Shown: piece by piece, positions 39,696 to 48,730 of the stretch
How the letters are laid out: every line of letters starts with the position of its first letter
Position numbering within the stretch: position 1 is the first letter of the stretch
Source: Verrucomicrobiaceae bacterium
GTDB taxonomy: Bacteria; Verrucomicrobiota; Verrucomicrobiia; Verrucomicrobiales; Akkermansiaceae
Length of the DNA stretch: 64,000 bases
Direction: 5' to 3'
Assembly: GCA_051252135.1 (NCBI GenBank)
Contig: JBPOGH010000001.1
Coordinates: 192,001 to 256,000 of the forward strand
The notes under the pieces: model-generated
What the model saw: only the letters and a program-made list of their open reading frames with translations
Told to the model about the DNA's origin: nothing
Database searches by the model: none
Position numbers and translations under genes: made by a program

Positions 39696-39727
39696 ACCGC
39701 AGGAGGGCAACCTCCTGCGGTTTTTTG
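39696..39727 (+). terminator. intrinsic terminator after eno
   Basis: stem ACCGCAGGAGG/CCTCCTGCGGT, GCAA loop, T run. Confidence 0.9.
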
Positions 39728-39802
39728 TGATTGGTGAAGATCAAGCAAAGTTAACTTTTGTCGTGGCTTCGACCTATGTTTCTTGTTATCCTTTGATCAG
39801 AC

Positions 39803-40156
39803 ATGGCACGGAGTCGGAAACAACGGGTCAATTCGGGTCGCGACCCTGAGTTTTCCAGAGATGGTCGGAAGCGTGGGCTTTTCGGGAAGGCTACCGGTGT
39901 TGTGCTGGCAGTTTTCGTGTTAGCTCTCTCGGTGGCCATCATTGTACCTATTGCTCCGGAGTATCAAAAACTGAAGGAGGTTGAGGCGGAGCACGCAGAG
40001 GCTCTGGATGCGGAAAAGAAGTTACTCAGAAAGCGCAGGCAATATGAGTTGGAGTCCGAGTCACTCATGACAAATCTCGAGTATTTGGAATCAAGATCAC
40101 GGGATCGGGGACCCTACTATGCCCCAGGGGAGCAAGTGATCAAGATCACCGAGTAA
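39803..40156 (+). CDS. FtsB/DivIC-like septum formation initiator
   Basis: single TM, coiled coil, YLE..+R....PGE tail; position after eno. Confidence 0.7.
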   Translation: MARSRKQRVNSGRDPEFSRDGRKRGLFGKATGVVLAVFVLALSVAIIVPIAPEYQKLKEVEAEHAEALDAEKKLLRKRRQYELESESLMTNLEYLESRSRDRGPYYAPGEQVIKITE

Positions 40157-40158
40157 AC

Positions 40159-40902
40159 CTAAAAACGAAAGCTCTCGCCAAAGTAGAGCATGCGCGCTCT
40201 TTCATCCTGGACCAGTTCCTGGGAAGAACCTTCCAGCATTACCTGACCATCAACAAGGAGTGACGCGCGATCGACAATTTCAAGTGTCTCACGGACCTGG
40301 TGATCGGTGATGAGGATGGAGAGGCCGTCCTCATCGCGGAGTTGGCGGATGATTTTGTGAATCTCCTGAACCGCAATGGGGTCGATTCCCACAAAGGGCT
40401 CGTCCAGCATGAGGAGTCGGGGTTCGGTGCAAAGGCAGCGAGCCAATGAGAGTCGGCGTTTTTCACCGCCCGAAAGAGTCATCGCCAGGGATTTTCGAAC
40501 ATGATTGATCCCAAAGCGCTCCAGAAGATTATCGGCGCGTTGCTTGCGTTCGCTGCGAGACAATTTGCGACGAGTTTCCAGAACCGCCAGGAGGTTGTCC
40601 TCGACACTCAACTTGCGGAAGATTGATTCTTCCTGCGGGAGATAACCCATGCCGAGCCGGGCCCTTTTGTGCATGGGATAGCGGGTGATTGTTTTGCCGG
40701 CAAAGTTCACGCGTCCATGATCGGGCGGAATCAATCCCGCTATCATGTAGAAAGTGGTGGTTTTTCCGGCACCATTGGGCCCGAGAAGTCCTACGATCTC
40801 TCCGGGATTGACGGTCAGCCTGACTTCATCGACGACCCTGCGGCCGCTGTAGGTTTTTTGGAGGCCCTCGACCTGTAGGAGTGGCTCTTGGATTTCGCTC
40901 AT
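40159..40902 (-). CDS. lptB: LPS export ABC transporter ATP-binding protein
   Basis: GPNGAGKTT.FY, GYLPQE.SIFRKL, LSGGEKRR, DEPF.G.DP, ITDH.VRETL. Confidence 0.95.
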   Translation of the reverse strand: MSEIQEPLLQVEGLQKTYSGRRVVDEVRLTVNPGEIVGLLGPNGAGKTTTFYMIAGLIPPDHGRVNFAGKTITRYPMHKRARLGMGYLPQEESIFRKLSVEDNLLAVLETRRKLSRSERKQRADNLLERFGINHVRKSLAMTLSGGEKRRLSLARCLCTEPRLLMLDEPFVGIDPIAVQEIHKIIRQLRDEDGLSILITDHQVRETLEIVDRASLLVDGQVMLEGSSQELVQDERARMLYFGESFRF

Positions 40903-40908
40903 TGGGGC

Positions 40909-42180
40909 CTATCGATTGAGTTTGCCAGGGAGTCCAAAGAGCCAATTTCCTTCGGTTTGGGCACTGATGTTATTTCCTCCAAGAAGCTTAATAACGAGGT
41001 AGGCATTCTTGTCTTTTGAGCGAGCACCCGCTCCTCCCAAACGAAGGGAAAGGGCGTCACCGCGAATGATCAACTGCTCTTTTTTAGCGTCGTAGACTGC
41101 ACGCTCACCTCGAACGAGGATAGGTTCTCCTTTCTTGCCTTTTCCTTTGATTTCAATATTTCCGTTGGCAGAGAACTGGCTTAGCTCTCCCAACCCTTTA
41201 AATCCGCCAAAGGGATTGTCGTCTGCGTTGTCATCCTCTTTGGGCTTGGCCTCTTCCTTTGGAGGGTCGAAGAGGGCCTTCATTCCATCAGTGCAAGTCA
41301 TGGTCATGCCTTTTCCCTTTAAGGAGATTCGGCCCATGTAGACGACTTCCTGGTTTTCTCCGTCAAAGTAGATCCCCCGACTTGCTTCGATCACAATACG
41401 ATCTTTGTTTGGGATAAACAGGTCCTCAAATGGAATTGCCGGTTCGGCCACATCCGGGGCAGCTTCCTGTTGGGATAGAAGTTGGGATTGTCCGATGGCA
41501 CCAAGAAAAGCTGTTAATCTGGTGAGAAGGTCCTGCTCTTTTTTTGCGGCGGCGGCCATGGCTCGCGAGGATTCAAATGGCGGAACGATCCGGGGAGCGG
41601 CCTGACGTTCGAATTCGATCAGCTCTTCGACGGGGATTGCCACCGGAGGAGCGGCCACAAGAAGCTGGATGCCGGCAAGAAAAGGAAGAAGGGTTTTCGG
41701 GGAGTTCATCGCTTGCCGTTTTTTATCAGGATTGAGAAACATAGTAGCCGCCGGACCAAGGAGCAAGCCCTGCCGGGAGTTCAGAGTGAGGATGCCGCCT
41801 TGTCCCCGGGCAATGAACTCGTCTTTGGTGGACTTAATCAGAAGCTCTCCATCTGCTACAATTTGCTCCTTCTCCACAAGGTAGGTTGCAAAATCCATCG
41901 ATGCGGTTCCACTGATCTGTTGATCGCGGTCAAAGACGCGCAGAACAAGGTCTTCGCCCTTCAGTTGTGCGGCACTCTCCACTACCATCACTTTCGCAGT
42001 GAGAAGAGATGCTCTTCGCTTCTGTTCATCGAATCTGGGGATGGAGACTCCGGAAAGGGTCGCTCCGATGGGAAGGCGAGACATGGCGTTCTCGTTCCTC
42101 GGGTCCAAGGGGGGAGCCTCATCGGCAGACGCGGTGATCCCAATGGAGAGAAGTAACAAGCCAATCTGCCTTTTCATCAT
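40909..42180 (-). CDS. LptC/LptA-like (OstA beta-jellyroll) LPS transport protein
   Basis: lies between kdsA and lptB; signal/anchor leader; beta-strand patterns (VVYMGRI.L, A.GNIEI, GERAVYD). Confidence 0.65.
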   Translation of the reverse strand: MMKRQIGLLLLSIGITASADEAPPLDPRNENAMSRLPIGATLSGVSIPRFDEQKRRASLLTAKVMVVESAAQLKGEDLVLRVFDRDQQISGTASMDFATYLVEKEQIVADGELLIKSTKDEFIARGQGGILTLNSRQGLLLGPAATMFLNPDKKRQAMNSPKTLLPFLAGIQLLVAAPPVAIPVEELIEFERQAAPRIVPPFESSRAMAAAAKKEQDLLTRLTAFLGAIGQSQLLSQQEAAPDVAEPAIPFEDLFIPNKDRIVIEASRGIYFDGENQEVVYMGRISLKGKGMTMTCTDGMKALFDPPKEEAKPKEDDNADDNPFGGFKGLGELSQFSANGNIEIKGKGKKGEPILVRGERAVYDAKKEQLIIRGDALSLRLGGAGARSKDKNAYLVIKLLGGNNISAQTEGNWLFGLPGKLNR

Positions 42181-42999
42181 CTATGCTGACTGAGCGGCCT
42201 GATGGACGGCGACCAGGGTTTTCAGAACGCCCTCTATTTGGTCGAGAGGGATTTGATTTGGTCCGTCAGAGAGTGCATCTGCAGGATTTTCGTGCACTTC
42301 CATGAAGACACCGTCGACTCCTGCCGCCACAGCGCAGCGTGCAAGGACGGGTGCCAGAACACCATCGCCACCCGTGGTGCCGCCCAGACCGCCAGGACGC
42401 TGGACCGAATGGGTGGCGTCGAAAATCACCGGGACGCCCTGTTCGCGAATCCAAGGAAGTGAGCGCATGTCGGCGACCAGATTATTATAACCGAAGGTGG
42501 TTCCTCGTTCGGTGATGGTGAACTGTTCGCAGCCGAATGCTTTTAGTTTGCCGATGATGGGATCGATATCCCAAGGGGCAAGGAACTGACCTTTTTTTAC
42601 ATTTACCGGTCGACCGGTCTTGGCTGCTGCCTCGAGAAGGTCGGTCTGACGGCAAAGAAAGGCGGGGATCTGCAGGAAATCGATGTGCTTCCCCGCGTAA
42701 GTTGCTTCTGCAGGGGTGTGAATGTCAGTGGTCACCGGAACACCCAGGTCCTTACCAATCTCGCCCAAGATTCGGCAGCCTTCCTCGACTCCCGGACCAC
42801 GGTAGGAATCGACGGAGGTCCGATTGGCTTTATCGTAGGATGCCTTGAAGATGAACGGGACGCCGAGTCGGTCGGTGATCTCCTTTAGAGCCCGCGCCAT
42901 GCGCCATGCAAATTCCTCATCCTCAAGCCCGCAAGGTCCAAGAATGAAGAAGGGGCGACCGGTGCCGACCGCGATGTTAGATATATTAAAGGTGTTCAT
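42181..42999 (-). CDS. kdsA: KDO-8-phosphate synthase
   Basis: GPC, KASYDKANRTS, QIPAFLCRQTDL, KKGQF, ERG..FGY, DATHSVQ. Confidence 0.97.
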   Translation of the reverse strand: MNTFNISNIAVGTGRPFFILGPCGLEDEEFAWRMARALKEITDRLGVPFIFKASYDKANRTSVDSYRGPGVEEGCRILGEIGKDLGVPVTTDIHTPAEATYAGKHIDFLQIPAFLCRQTDLLEAAAKTGRPVNVKKGQFLAPWDIDPIIGKLKAFGCEQFTITERGTTFGYNNLVADMRSLPWIREQGVPVIFDATHSVQRPGGLGGTTGGDGVLAPVLARCAVAAGVDGVFMEVHENPADALSDGPNQIPLDQIEGVLKTLVAVHQAAQSA

Positions 43000-43265
43000 G
43001 ATTCGGAGGCGGCGAGGTAGAATTCGCGGAGTTTTTCGAGCGCGATTTTAAGGAGTTTTTTTTCGGAGTCGTTAAGATTTCCTTTTGTCTTCTCACGAAG
43101 CATTTCGAGGTTGTCGATGACGTTGGCTGCTTTCTTGAGGTCTGTCTCGGTTTTTCCGGTGGCAGGATTCTCGACCTGCCCAAGAAACATGACCCCGGCT
43201 TGGGTTTGATAAAAGACGAAGGCCGAGAACCTGGGGTCGGGCGCTTCAAACTCTGGTTCACTCAT
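42996..43265 (-). CDS. DUF1844-family protein
   Basis: LG...NP.TG....DL..A...ID.L.ML.EKTKGNL...E. Confidence 0.85.
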   Translation of the reverse strand: MSEPEFEAPDPRFSAFVFYQTQAGVMFLGQVENPATGKTETDLKKAANVIDNLEMLREKTKGNLNDSEKKLLKIALEKLREFYLAASES

Positions 43266-43296
43266 GGATGGACGCTAGGGAAAAGTGAATCGTTGC

Positions 43297-45810
43297 TCAA
43301 GGGGAGACCGTGACAATCGTGGCATGGTCGTCTGCCAGTAATCGGGCGGCAACCCGGCGGATGTCATCCCCCGTAACGGCATCCATCAGATGATCTTGCT
43401 CAAGATGGTGATCGGCGGGGTGGCCGAGGAGGACATCGAGAGCAGCCATTGAAACCCGACTCTTCGCACTTTGGTTCTGAAGGGCTTGGGCGGCTCTCGC
43501 GTTGGCCTTGACCCGGATCAAGGTTTCTTCGGGGATGCCTTTTCCGGCAATCTCGTTAATTTGACCCATGAGCTCGGTGCGAGCGAGTTCCAGTTGATCC
43601 GGGGCTGTGCCCAAGTAGAACGCGAGGAGCCCGTCATTAACTCCCATAAACATGGAAGAGCTGACAAAGTAGGCAAGCCCCAGCTCCTCACGGATGCGGG
43701 TGAAAAGGGGGCCAGCCATGTCACTGCAATAGCTGTGTATCAACTCAAGGGCAAAGCGATCGGGGTCGGTCGCGGAGAGCCCGGGGTAACCGATGGCGAT
43801 GACGGCTTGCTCCTTATCGAGTTGTAGCTGGTATTCTCCGCTGGTGGTCGGGACGGGGTCCCTTTTGGATGGAGGGGAAGCAGCAGGAAGGCTCCCGAGA
43901 GTGGACTCAAGGAGCTTTAGGGTGGTTTCGGGGTCGATATCTCCGAAGAAGGCGCAAACCAAATTTTGAGCACCGAAGGAAGCGACGTGGTGGGCCAAGA
44001 TGTCGTTCCGGTTGAGGGCGGTGAGACTTTCGACCGTGCCGGAAGACGGAATGCCGTAGCCCTTGCCCGCCCAGAGTTGGTGCCGCAATTCCCGGAAGGC
44101 GAGGCTGGCCGGGTCCTCCAGAGCCTCTTTGAGTCGTGTGACAAGGGATGCCTTTTCCCTCTCAAGGGCGTCGGTGGGGAAGGCGGGTTCGCGGAGGATT
44201 TCACCGAGGGTGTTTAAGACCGGGGTCAGGTCATCCTTCAGACAATAGCTGGAAATGGTGAGGCTATTATTTCCGGCGGAAGGGCGGATCGAGGCACCGA
44301 GGTCCTCGAGGCTTTCGGCAATCTCCAAAGCGGACCGGGAGGCAGTTCCCTGAAGAAGGAGGGTGGAGAGGAGTCGATTGAGACCAGCCTTCTCAGGAGT
44401 CTCGGATAGGCACCCTGCGAGGAGCGCGACATTTCCATACACGACAGGAATCCTCGGATCCCGTTGAAGGATGACCCGAACTCCATTGGAGAGAGTGTGT
44501 TCGGTAAGCGCGTCGGGCTTCAGGACATCCCGAGTCTCGGCATCTTGGGTGGCGACTTCCTCGGGGACGAGCATCGTTGTCGTTAGTAGATCAGGAACGA
44601 GGTAACGACCGATGACGCGGTGAAGGTCGGCGGAGGTCACCTTGGCGAGGTGATCAATGAAATCGCGGGTATGATCGAGGTTGCGGGTCTCATTCCAATT
44701 GGAAGCGAGGTCGGAGGCTCGGCCGGAGGCAGTAGCTAGAATTTTGAACTGCTGGGAGGCGGTCTGTCTGAGCGCGCGTTTGAGTTCATGGTCGAGGTTT
44801 CGGGCGGACAGCTGGCCAATTTGTTTGTGAATGGCAGCAATAAGATCGTCGATCTTGTCGTGTTCAGCCTCGGCATAAACGCAGAAGAGTCCCGGCCCCT
44901 GAGCCGGAAGCCAGGAGTAGGCTCCAATGGAATAAGCCAATTCCTGCTTTTCTCTGATTTCGCGGAAGAGTGGAGCGGAGCGTCCACCACCGAGAACCAC
45001 AGAAAGGAGATCAAGGGCGGCAGCATCGGGGTGCGAAGAAGCGGGTGCCTGCCAGCTCAACGAGAGATGGGTTGCAGGGATGGCAAAGGATTTTTGCGCT
45101 GCGCGCGCACCGAGTTGTTTGGGTTCGTCGGTAAGATAGACAGGGAAATCCGCGAAAGGCCTGAGGCCCTTGGCGAGTTCGCGGGTGATGATTTTTTTTG
45201 CGGCAGCAGCCTCAAAGCCACCGGAGATGACCAAGAAGGATTTCTCCGGGCGGTATCGGGCATGATGGTAGGTCACCATCTGATCGTAGGTGATGGAATC
45301 AAAGAGATCCCGATACCCGATCACGGGGTGCCGACGGCAGTCTTTTTGATAAGCGGTCCTGAACAGAAGCTGATGATTGACTGAATCAGGATCGTCCAAT
45401 CCCATCGCTATCTCACGGCGGATGACCTCTTTTTCTTTCTCAAACTCGTCCTCGGGGAAAGACGGGCGAAAAACCATTTCGACCAATGCCGAGATGAACA
45501 GGTCGAGGGATTCCGCAGGGCCGTCGATGTAATAGACAGTGCGATCAAAGGTGGTGTAGGCATTCCATTGGCCGCCTGCTGCCTGCACTTCCTGAGATAA
45601 GGCTTCACCGGTAAAGCGATCGGTCCCCTTGAAGACCATGTGCTCGAGAAGGTGGGAGATTCCAGTGCCCGCCAGAGCGGATTCGTGCATGGATCCGGTC
45701 TCAACCCACAACTGAACGCTGATGACAACGGAACCGTCGGCGGGGTCGAGGATGGTATCTAGTCCTGGCTCAAGTGTTTCGACGCACGCGGTCGTGGTGG
45801 GGAATCTCAT
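43297..45810 (-). CDS. M16 (pitrilysin/inverzincin) zinc peptidase, two-half
   Basis: HLLEH (HxxEH), NAYT, and REELGLAY in the inactive second half. Confidence 0.92.
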   Translation of the reverse strand: MRFPTTTACVETLEPGLDTILDPADGSVVISVQLWVETGSMHESALAGTGISHLLEHMVFKGTDRFTGEALSQEVQAAGGQWNAYTTFDRTVYYIDGPAESLDLFISALVEMVFRPSFPEDEFEKEKEVIRREIAMGLDDPDSVNHQLLFRTAYQKDCRRHPVIGYRDLFDSITYDQMVTYHHARYRPEKSFLVISGGFEAAAAKKIITRELAKGLRPFADFPVYLTDEPKQLGARAAQKSFAIPATHLSLSWQAPASSHPDAAALDLLSVVLGGGRSAPLFREIREKQELAYSIGAYSWLPAQGPGLFCVYAEAEHDKIDDLIAAIHKQIGQLSARNLDHELKRALRQTASQQFKILATASGRASDLASNWNETRNLDHTRDFIDHLAKVTSADLHRVIGRYLVPDLLTTTMLVPEEVATQDAETRDVLKPDALTEHTLSNGVRVILQRDPRIPVVYGNVALLAGCLSETPEKAGLNRLLSTLLLQGTASRSALEIAESLEDLGASIRPSAGNNSLTISSYCLKDDLTPVLNTLGEILREPAFPTDALEREKASLVTRLKEALEDPASLAFRELRHQLWAGKGYGIPSSGTVESLTALNRNDILAHHVASFGAQNLVCAFFGDIDPETTLKLLESTLGSLPAASPPSKRDPVPTTSGEYQLQLDKEQAVIAIGYPGLSATDPDRFALELIHSYCSDMAGPLFTRIREELGLAYFVSSSMFMGVNDGLLAFYLGTAPDQLELARTELMGQINEIAGKGIPEETLIRVKANARAAQALQNQSAKSRVSMAALDVLLGHPADHHLEQDHLMDAVTGDDIRRVAARLLADDHATIVTVSP

Positions 45811-45855
45811 CTGCGATCAACTTTGAACTCCCCGGAGCGCGGATCAAGCTGACAG

Positions 45856-46770
45856 TTAGGAAAGGGTGACCCAAAGTGATTTTAAATAGGGTGACTCCGT
45901 GAAGTCCGGGGGCATTTTGGCCGAATGAACTCTCGAATTCCGGGGGATGAAGGGGCGAAGTTGTTTTTCAAATTCCCCGGAGGTCATGCCTCGATAATTA
46001 TGGCAACCGAGGATGGTCCCTCCCGGTGCAAGACAGGCGAGAGCAAGTTGGAAAAGCGAGGGGTAGTCTTTTTCGACCCGAAACACCTTTCCTTTGTCGT
46101 CACGGGAGAAGGTGGGGGGATCGAGGACGATAGCGTCAAATCGGCGACCTTGTTTGGCAAAGCGTTTCAACCAGTGAAACGTGTCACCCTTGCAAAAATA
46201 GTGATCGGCGGGATCCATGTCATTGAGCCGGAAGTTCTCCCTGGCCCAATCAAGGTAGACTTGGGAGAGGTCGAGCGTGCTGGTGGTGGCTCCGGCAGCA
46301 GCAGCGGCCACCGAGAAAAAGCCGGTGTAGCCGAAGGTGTTCAGGAGGGTCTTGCCCGGGGCCATGAGATCGCGGATCGCAAGGCGATTGTCACGTTGGT
46401 CCAGAAACAATCCCTGAGAGTATCCGGACTGGAAGGAAAGGCGTGATTTGAGCCCGTTTTCCACGCCAACAAAGAACTCAGGGGCATTTTCGCCTCCCAG
46501 ATGTAGGGGGGATTCTTTTTGGTGTTGATGGAGCTTCTTCCAATAGAGCGAGCGCGGCATTCTCCCGAGGAGTTCGCTTTCGAGAGAACTGTCCAGATTT
46601 TCCTGTTGGGTTGAGACCAGCCAGTGACCGTTAAGCGAATCGAGATAGACTCCTGTCAAATCGTCACCGTCTCCGTCGATTAAGCGAACAAGGTCCGTGT
46701 TTGGCGTGAGTAGTGTTTTGCGGAGACGGAGCGCAGAATCGATGGATTTGGACAGGCGAAGTGTGGACAT
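45856..46770 (-). CDS. RlmI/RlmK-like SAM-dependent rRNA methyltransferase
   Basis: GLFLDQRDNR, LNTFGYTG.FS, DLS..YL.WA.EN, DPPTF. Confidence 0.85.
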   Translation of the reverse strand: MSTLRLSKSIDSALRLRKTLLTPNTDLVRLIDGDGDDLTGVYLDSLNGHWLVSTQQENLDSSLESELLGRMPRSLYWKKLHQHQKESPLHLGGENAPEFFVGVENGLKSRLSFQSGYSQGLFLDQRDNRLAIRDLMAPGKTLLNTFGYTGFFSVAAAAAGATTSTLDLSQVYLDWARENFRLNDMDPADHYFCKGDTFHWLKRFAKQGRRFDAIVLDPPTFSRDDKGKVFRVEKDYPSLFQLALACLAPGGTILGCHNYRGMTSGEFEKQLRPFIPRNSRVHSAKMPPDFTESPYLKSLWVTLS

Positions 46771-46801
46771 TGATCGCGGTTCTTCTACCATTGCCCGAGC
46801 A

Positions 46802-48730
46802 ATGAGCGAATGGAAATCCTTACTCGATCAGGCCGTCACCAACGGCGATATCTCTGCAGCCTCACGGAAGAATATCGACCTTTTCCTGGCGGGGACCGGT
46901 TCTCCGGTTGGAGAAAGCGCTATTGTTGAACTTGTTGAGCAGGGTGCCTGGCAGGAGCTTGATGACCGCTTTTTTAAGACGCTTGCCTTCGGAACAGGAG
47001 GGTTGCGTGGCCGGACAGTGGGACGGATTGTTACGAGCGCCGAGCAAGGGGCCGGTGGTCCGCTGGAACGACCCGAACATCCCTGCGTGGGCACGGCAAC
47101 GATGAACTTCTTTAACCTAAAGAGGGCAATGCTCGGAATGGTGACCTACCTCTTGAAATCTTATAACGGAGAGGGGCGCCCTTCCATTGTGATTGGTCAT
47201 GACACCCGGCACTTTTCGAGGGATTTTGCAGAGACGTGTGCGAAGGTTTGCACCGATCTCGGGGTGGACGCCTACCTTTTTGAAGGACCACGGGCCACAC
47301 CGCAAATCTCCTTTGCGATTCGGGAGCTTAGGGCCGATGCGGGTGTTGTTTTAACGGCAAGCCATAACCCTTCGCACGACAACGGATTCAAGGCTTACTT
47401 TTCGGAGGGATCGCAGATCGTAGAGCCTGCTGCGAGCGGGATCATCGCGGAAGTCAATGCGCTCACCAGCGAGGATTATCAGGCCAAACCCGAAGCCGAG
47501 CAGGGGGAGTTGACTGTATTGGGCTCCGAGATGGACCGAACCTATATGGACCGACTCAGGAGCGTCTTGCTTCAACCGTCGCTTCTTGAAGGGCGGAAGG
47601 CGAAAGTGGTCTACACCAACCTGCATGGCACCGGAGGTGTGATTATCGTCCCCATGTTGCGGGAGTTGGGATTCGAGGTGCTTACGGTGGAGGAGCAGGA
47701 TTCTCATGACGGGCGTTTTCCGACCGTTGAATCACCCAATCCGGAGAACGCTTCCGCGTTGGCGATGGCGATCGATCTCGCCGAGAAAGAAGGGGCTGAT
47801 GCGTTAATCGGGACCGATCCCGATTGCGATCGCATGGGCGTGGCGGTGCGGAATGAGGCGGGGGAGATGGAGTTGCTTACCGGAAACCAGATCGGGTCAT
47901 TGATTGGATGGTATCGGATCAAGACGATGTTTGATCTGGGATGGCTCACAGAGAGCAACCGGAGTCGTGCTGTTCTGGTGAAAACCTTGGTGACCACCGA
48001 ACTTCAGAGCAAGGTGGCCGCCCAGTATGGAATCAGTGTGGTGAACACCTTGACGGGCTTTAAATACATCGGTGAGAAACTTGCGAAATACGAGGCTGCC
48101 ATTCCCGCTGAGAAGAAGGGGGATTATCGCAGCCTGAGCGAGGACGAGAGCCGGAAGCTTCGTCTGGAATATTCCAAATTCTTTGTCTTTGGTGGCGAGG
48201 AAAGCTACGGATATCTCGGCTCCGATTTTGTCCGCGATAAGGATGGTAATGCATCAGCGGTGATGTTCGCCGAATTGGCGGCTTATGCCATGAGCGAGGG
48301 GACCACCATTTCGGGGCTGCGTGATCAGGTCTGGGCGGAATACGGAGTTCACCTTGAGATTGGAAAATCATTGGTGATGGAGGGAAGTGCGGGAGCAGCG
48401 AAGATTGCCGCTTTGGTGAAGTCTTACAGCGAAAATCCACCTTCCGAGATTGACGGTTCCGCTTGTGTCAGTGTGAAGGATTACGCCAAGGGGGGCTTCT
48501 ACGATGAAGAGGGTGATGAGATTCCAGCCGCCGATATGTTATTTGTTGAGTTGGCTGACGGACGCCGTTTTGCGGTGCGCCCGTCGGGAACCGAGCCCAA
48601 AATCAAGTATTACATTTTTGGGGAGTCGGCGCCTACGGAAGATGTCGCGGGAAGCAAGGCTGCGGTTCTGGCTTCGCTGGAATCATTGTGGAGCGTTGTA
48701 GAGAAAGATGCCTACGAGCGAATGGGGTGA
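46802..48730 (+). CDS. phosphoglucomutase/phosphomannomutase
   Basis: FGTGGLRG, TASHNP, DPDCDR, LTGFK, EESYG, RPSGTEPKIK. Confidence 0.95.
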   Translation: MSEWKSLLDQAVTNGDISAASRKNIDLFLAGTGSPVGESAIVELVEQGAWQELDDRFFKTLAFGTGGLRGRTVGRIVTSAEQGAGGPLERPEHPCVGTATMNFFNLKRAMLGMVTYLLKSYNGEGRPSIVIGHDTRHFSRDFAETCAKVCTDLGVDAYLFEGPRATPQISFAIRELRADAGVVLTASHNPSHDNGFKAYFSEGSQIVEPAASGIIAEVNALTSEDYQAKPEAEQGELTVLGSEMDRTYMDRLRSVLLQPSLLEGRKAKVVYTNLHGTGGVIIVPMLRELGFEVLTVEEQDSHDGRFPTVESPNPENASALAMAIDLAEKEGADALIGTDPDCDRMGVAVRNEAGEMELLTGNQIGSLIGWYRIKTMFDLGWLTESNRSRAVLVKTLVTTELQSKVAAQYGISVVNTLTGFKYIGEKLAKYEAAIPAEKKGDYRSLSEDESRKLRLEYSKFFVFGGEESYGYLGSDFVRDKDGNASAVMFAELAAYAMSEGTTISGLRDQVWAEYGVHLEIGKSLVMEGSAGAAKIAALVKSYSENPPSEIDGSACVSVKDYAKGGFYDEEGDEIPAADMLFVELADGRRFAVRPSGTEPKIKYYIFGESAPTEDVAGSKAAVLASLESLWSVVEKDAYERMG

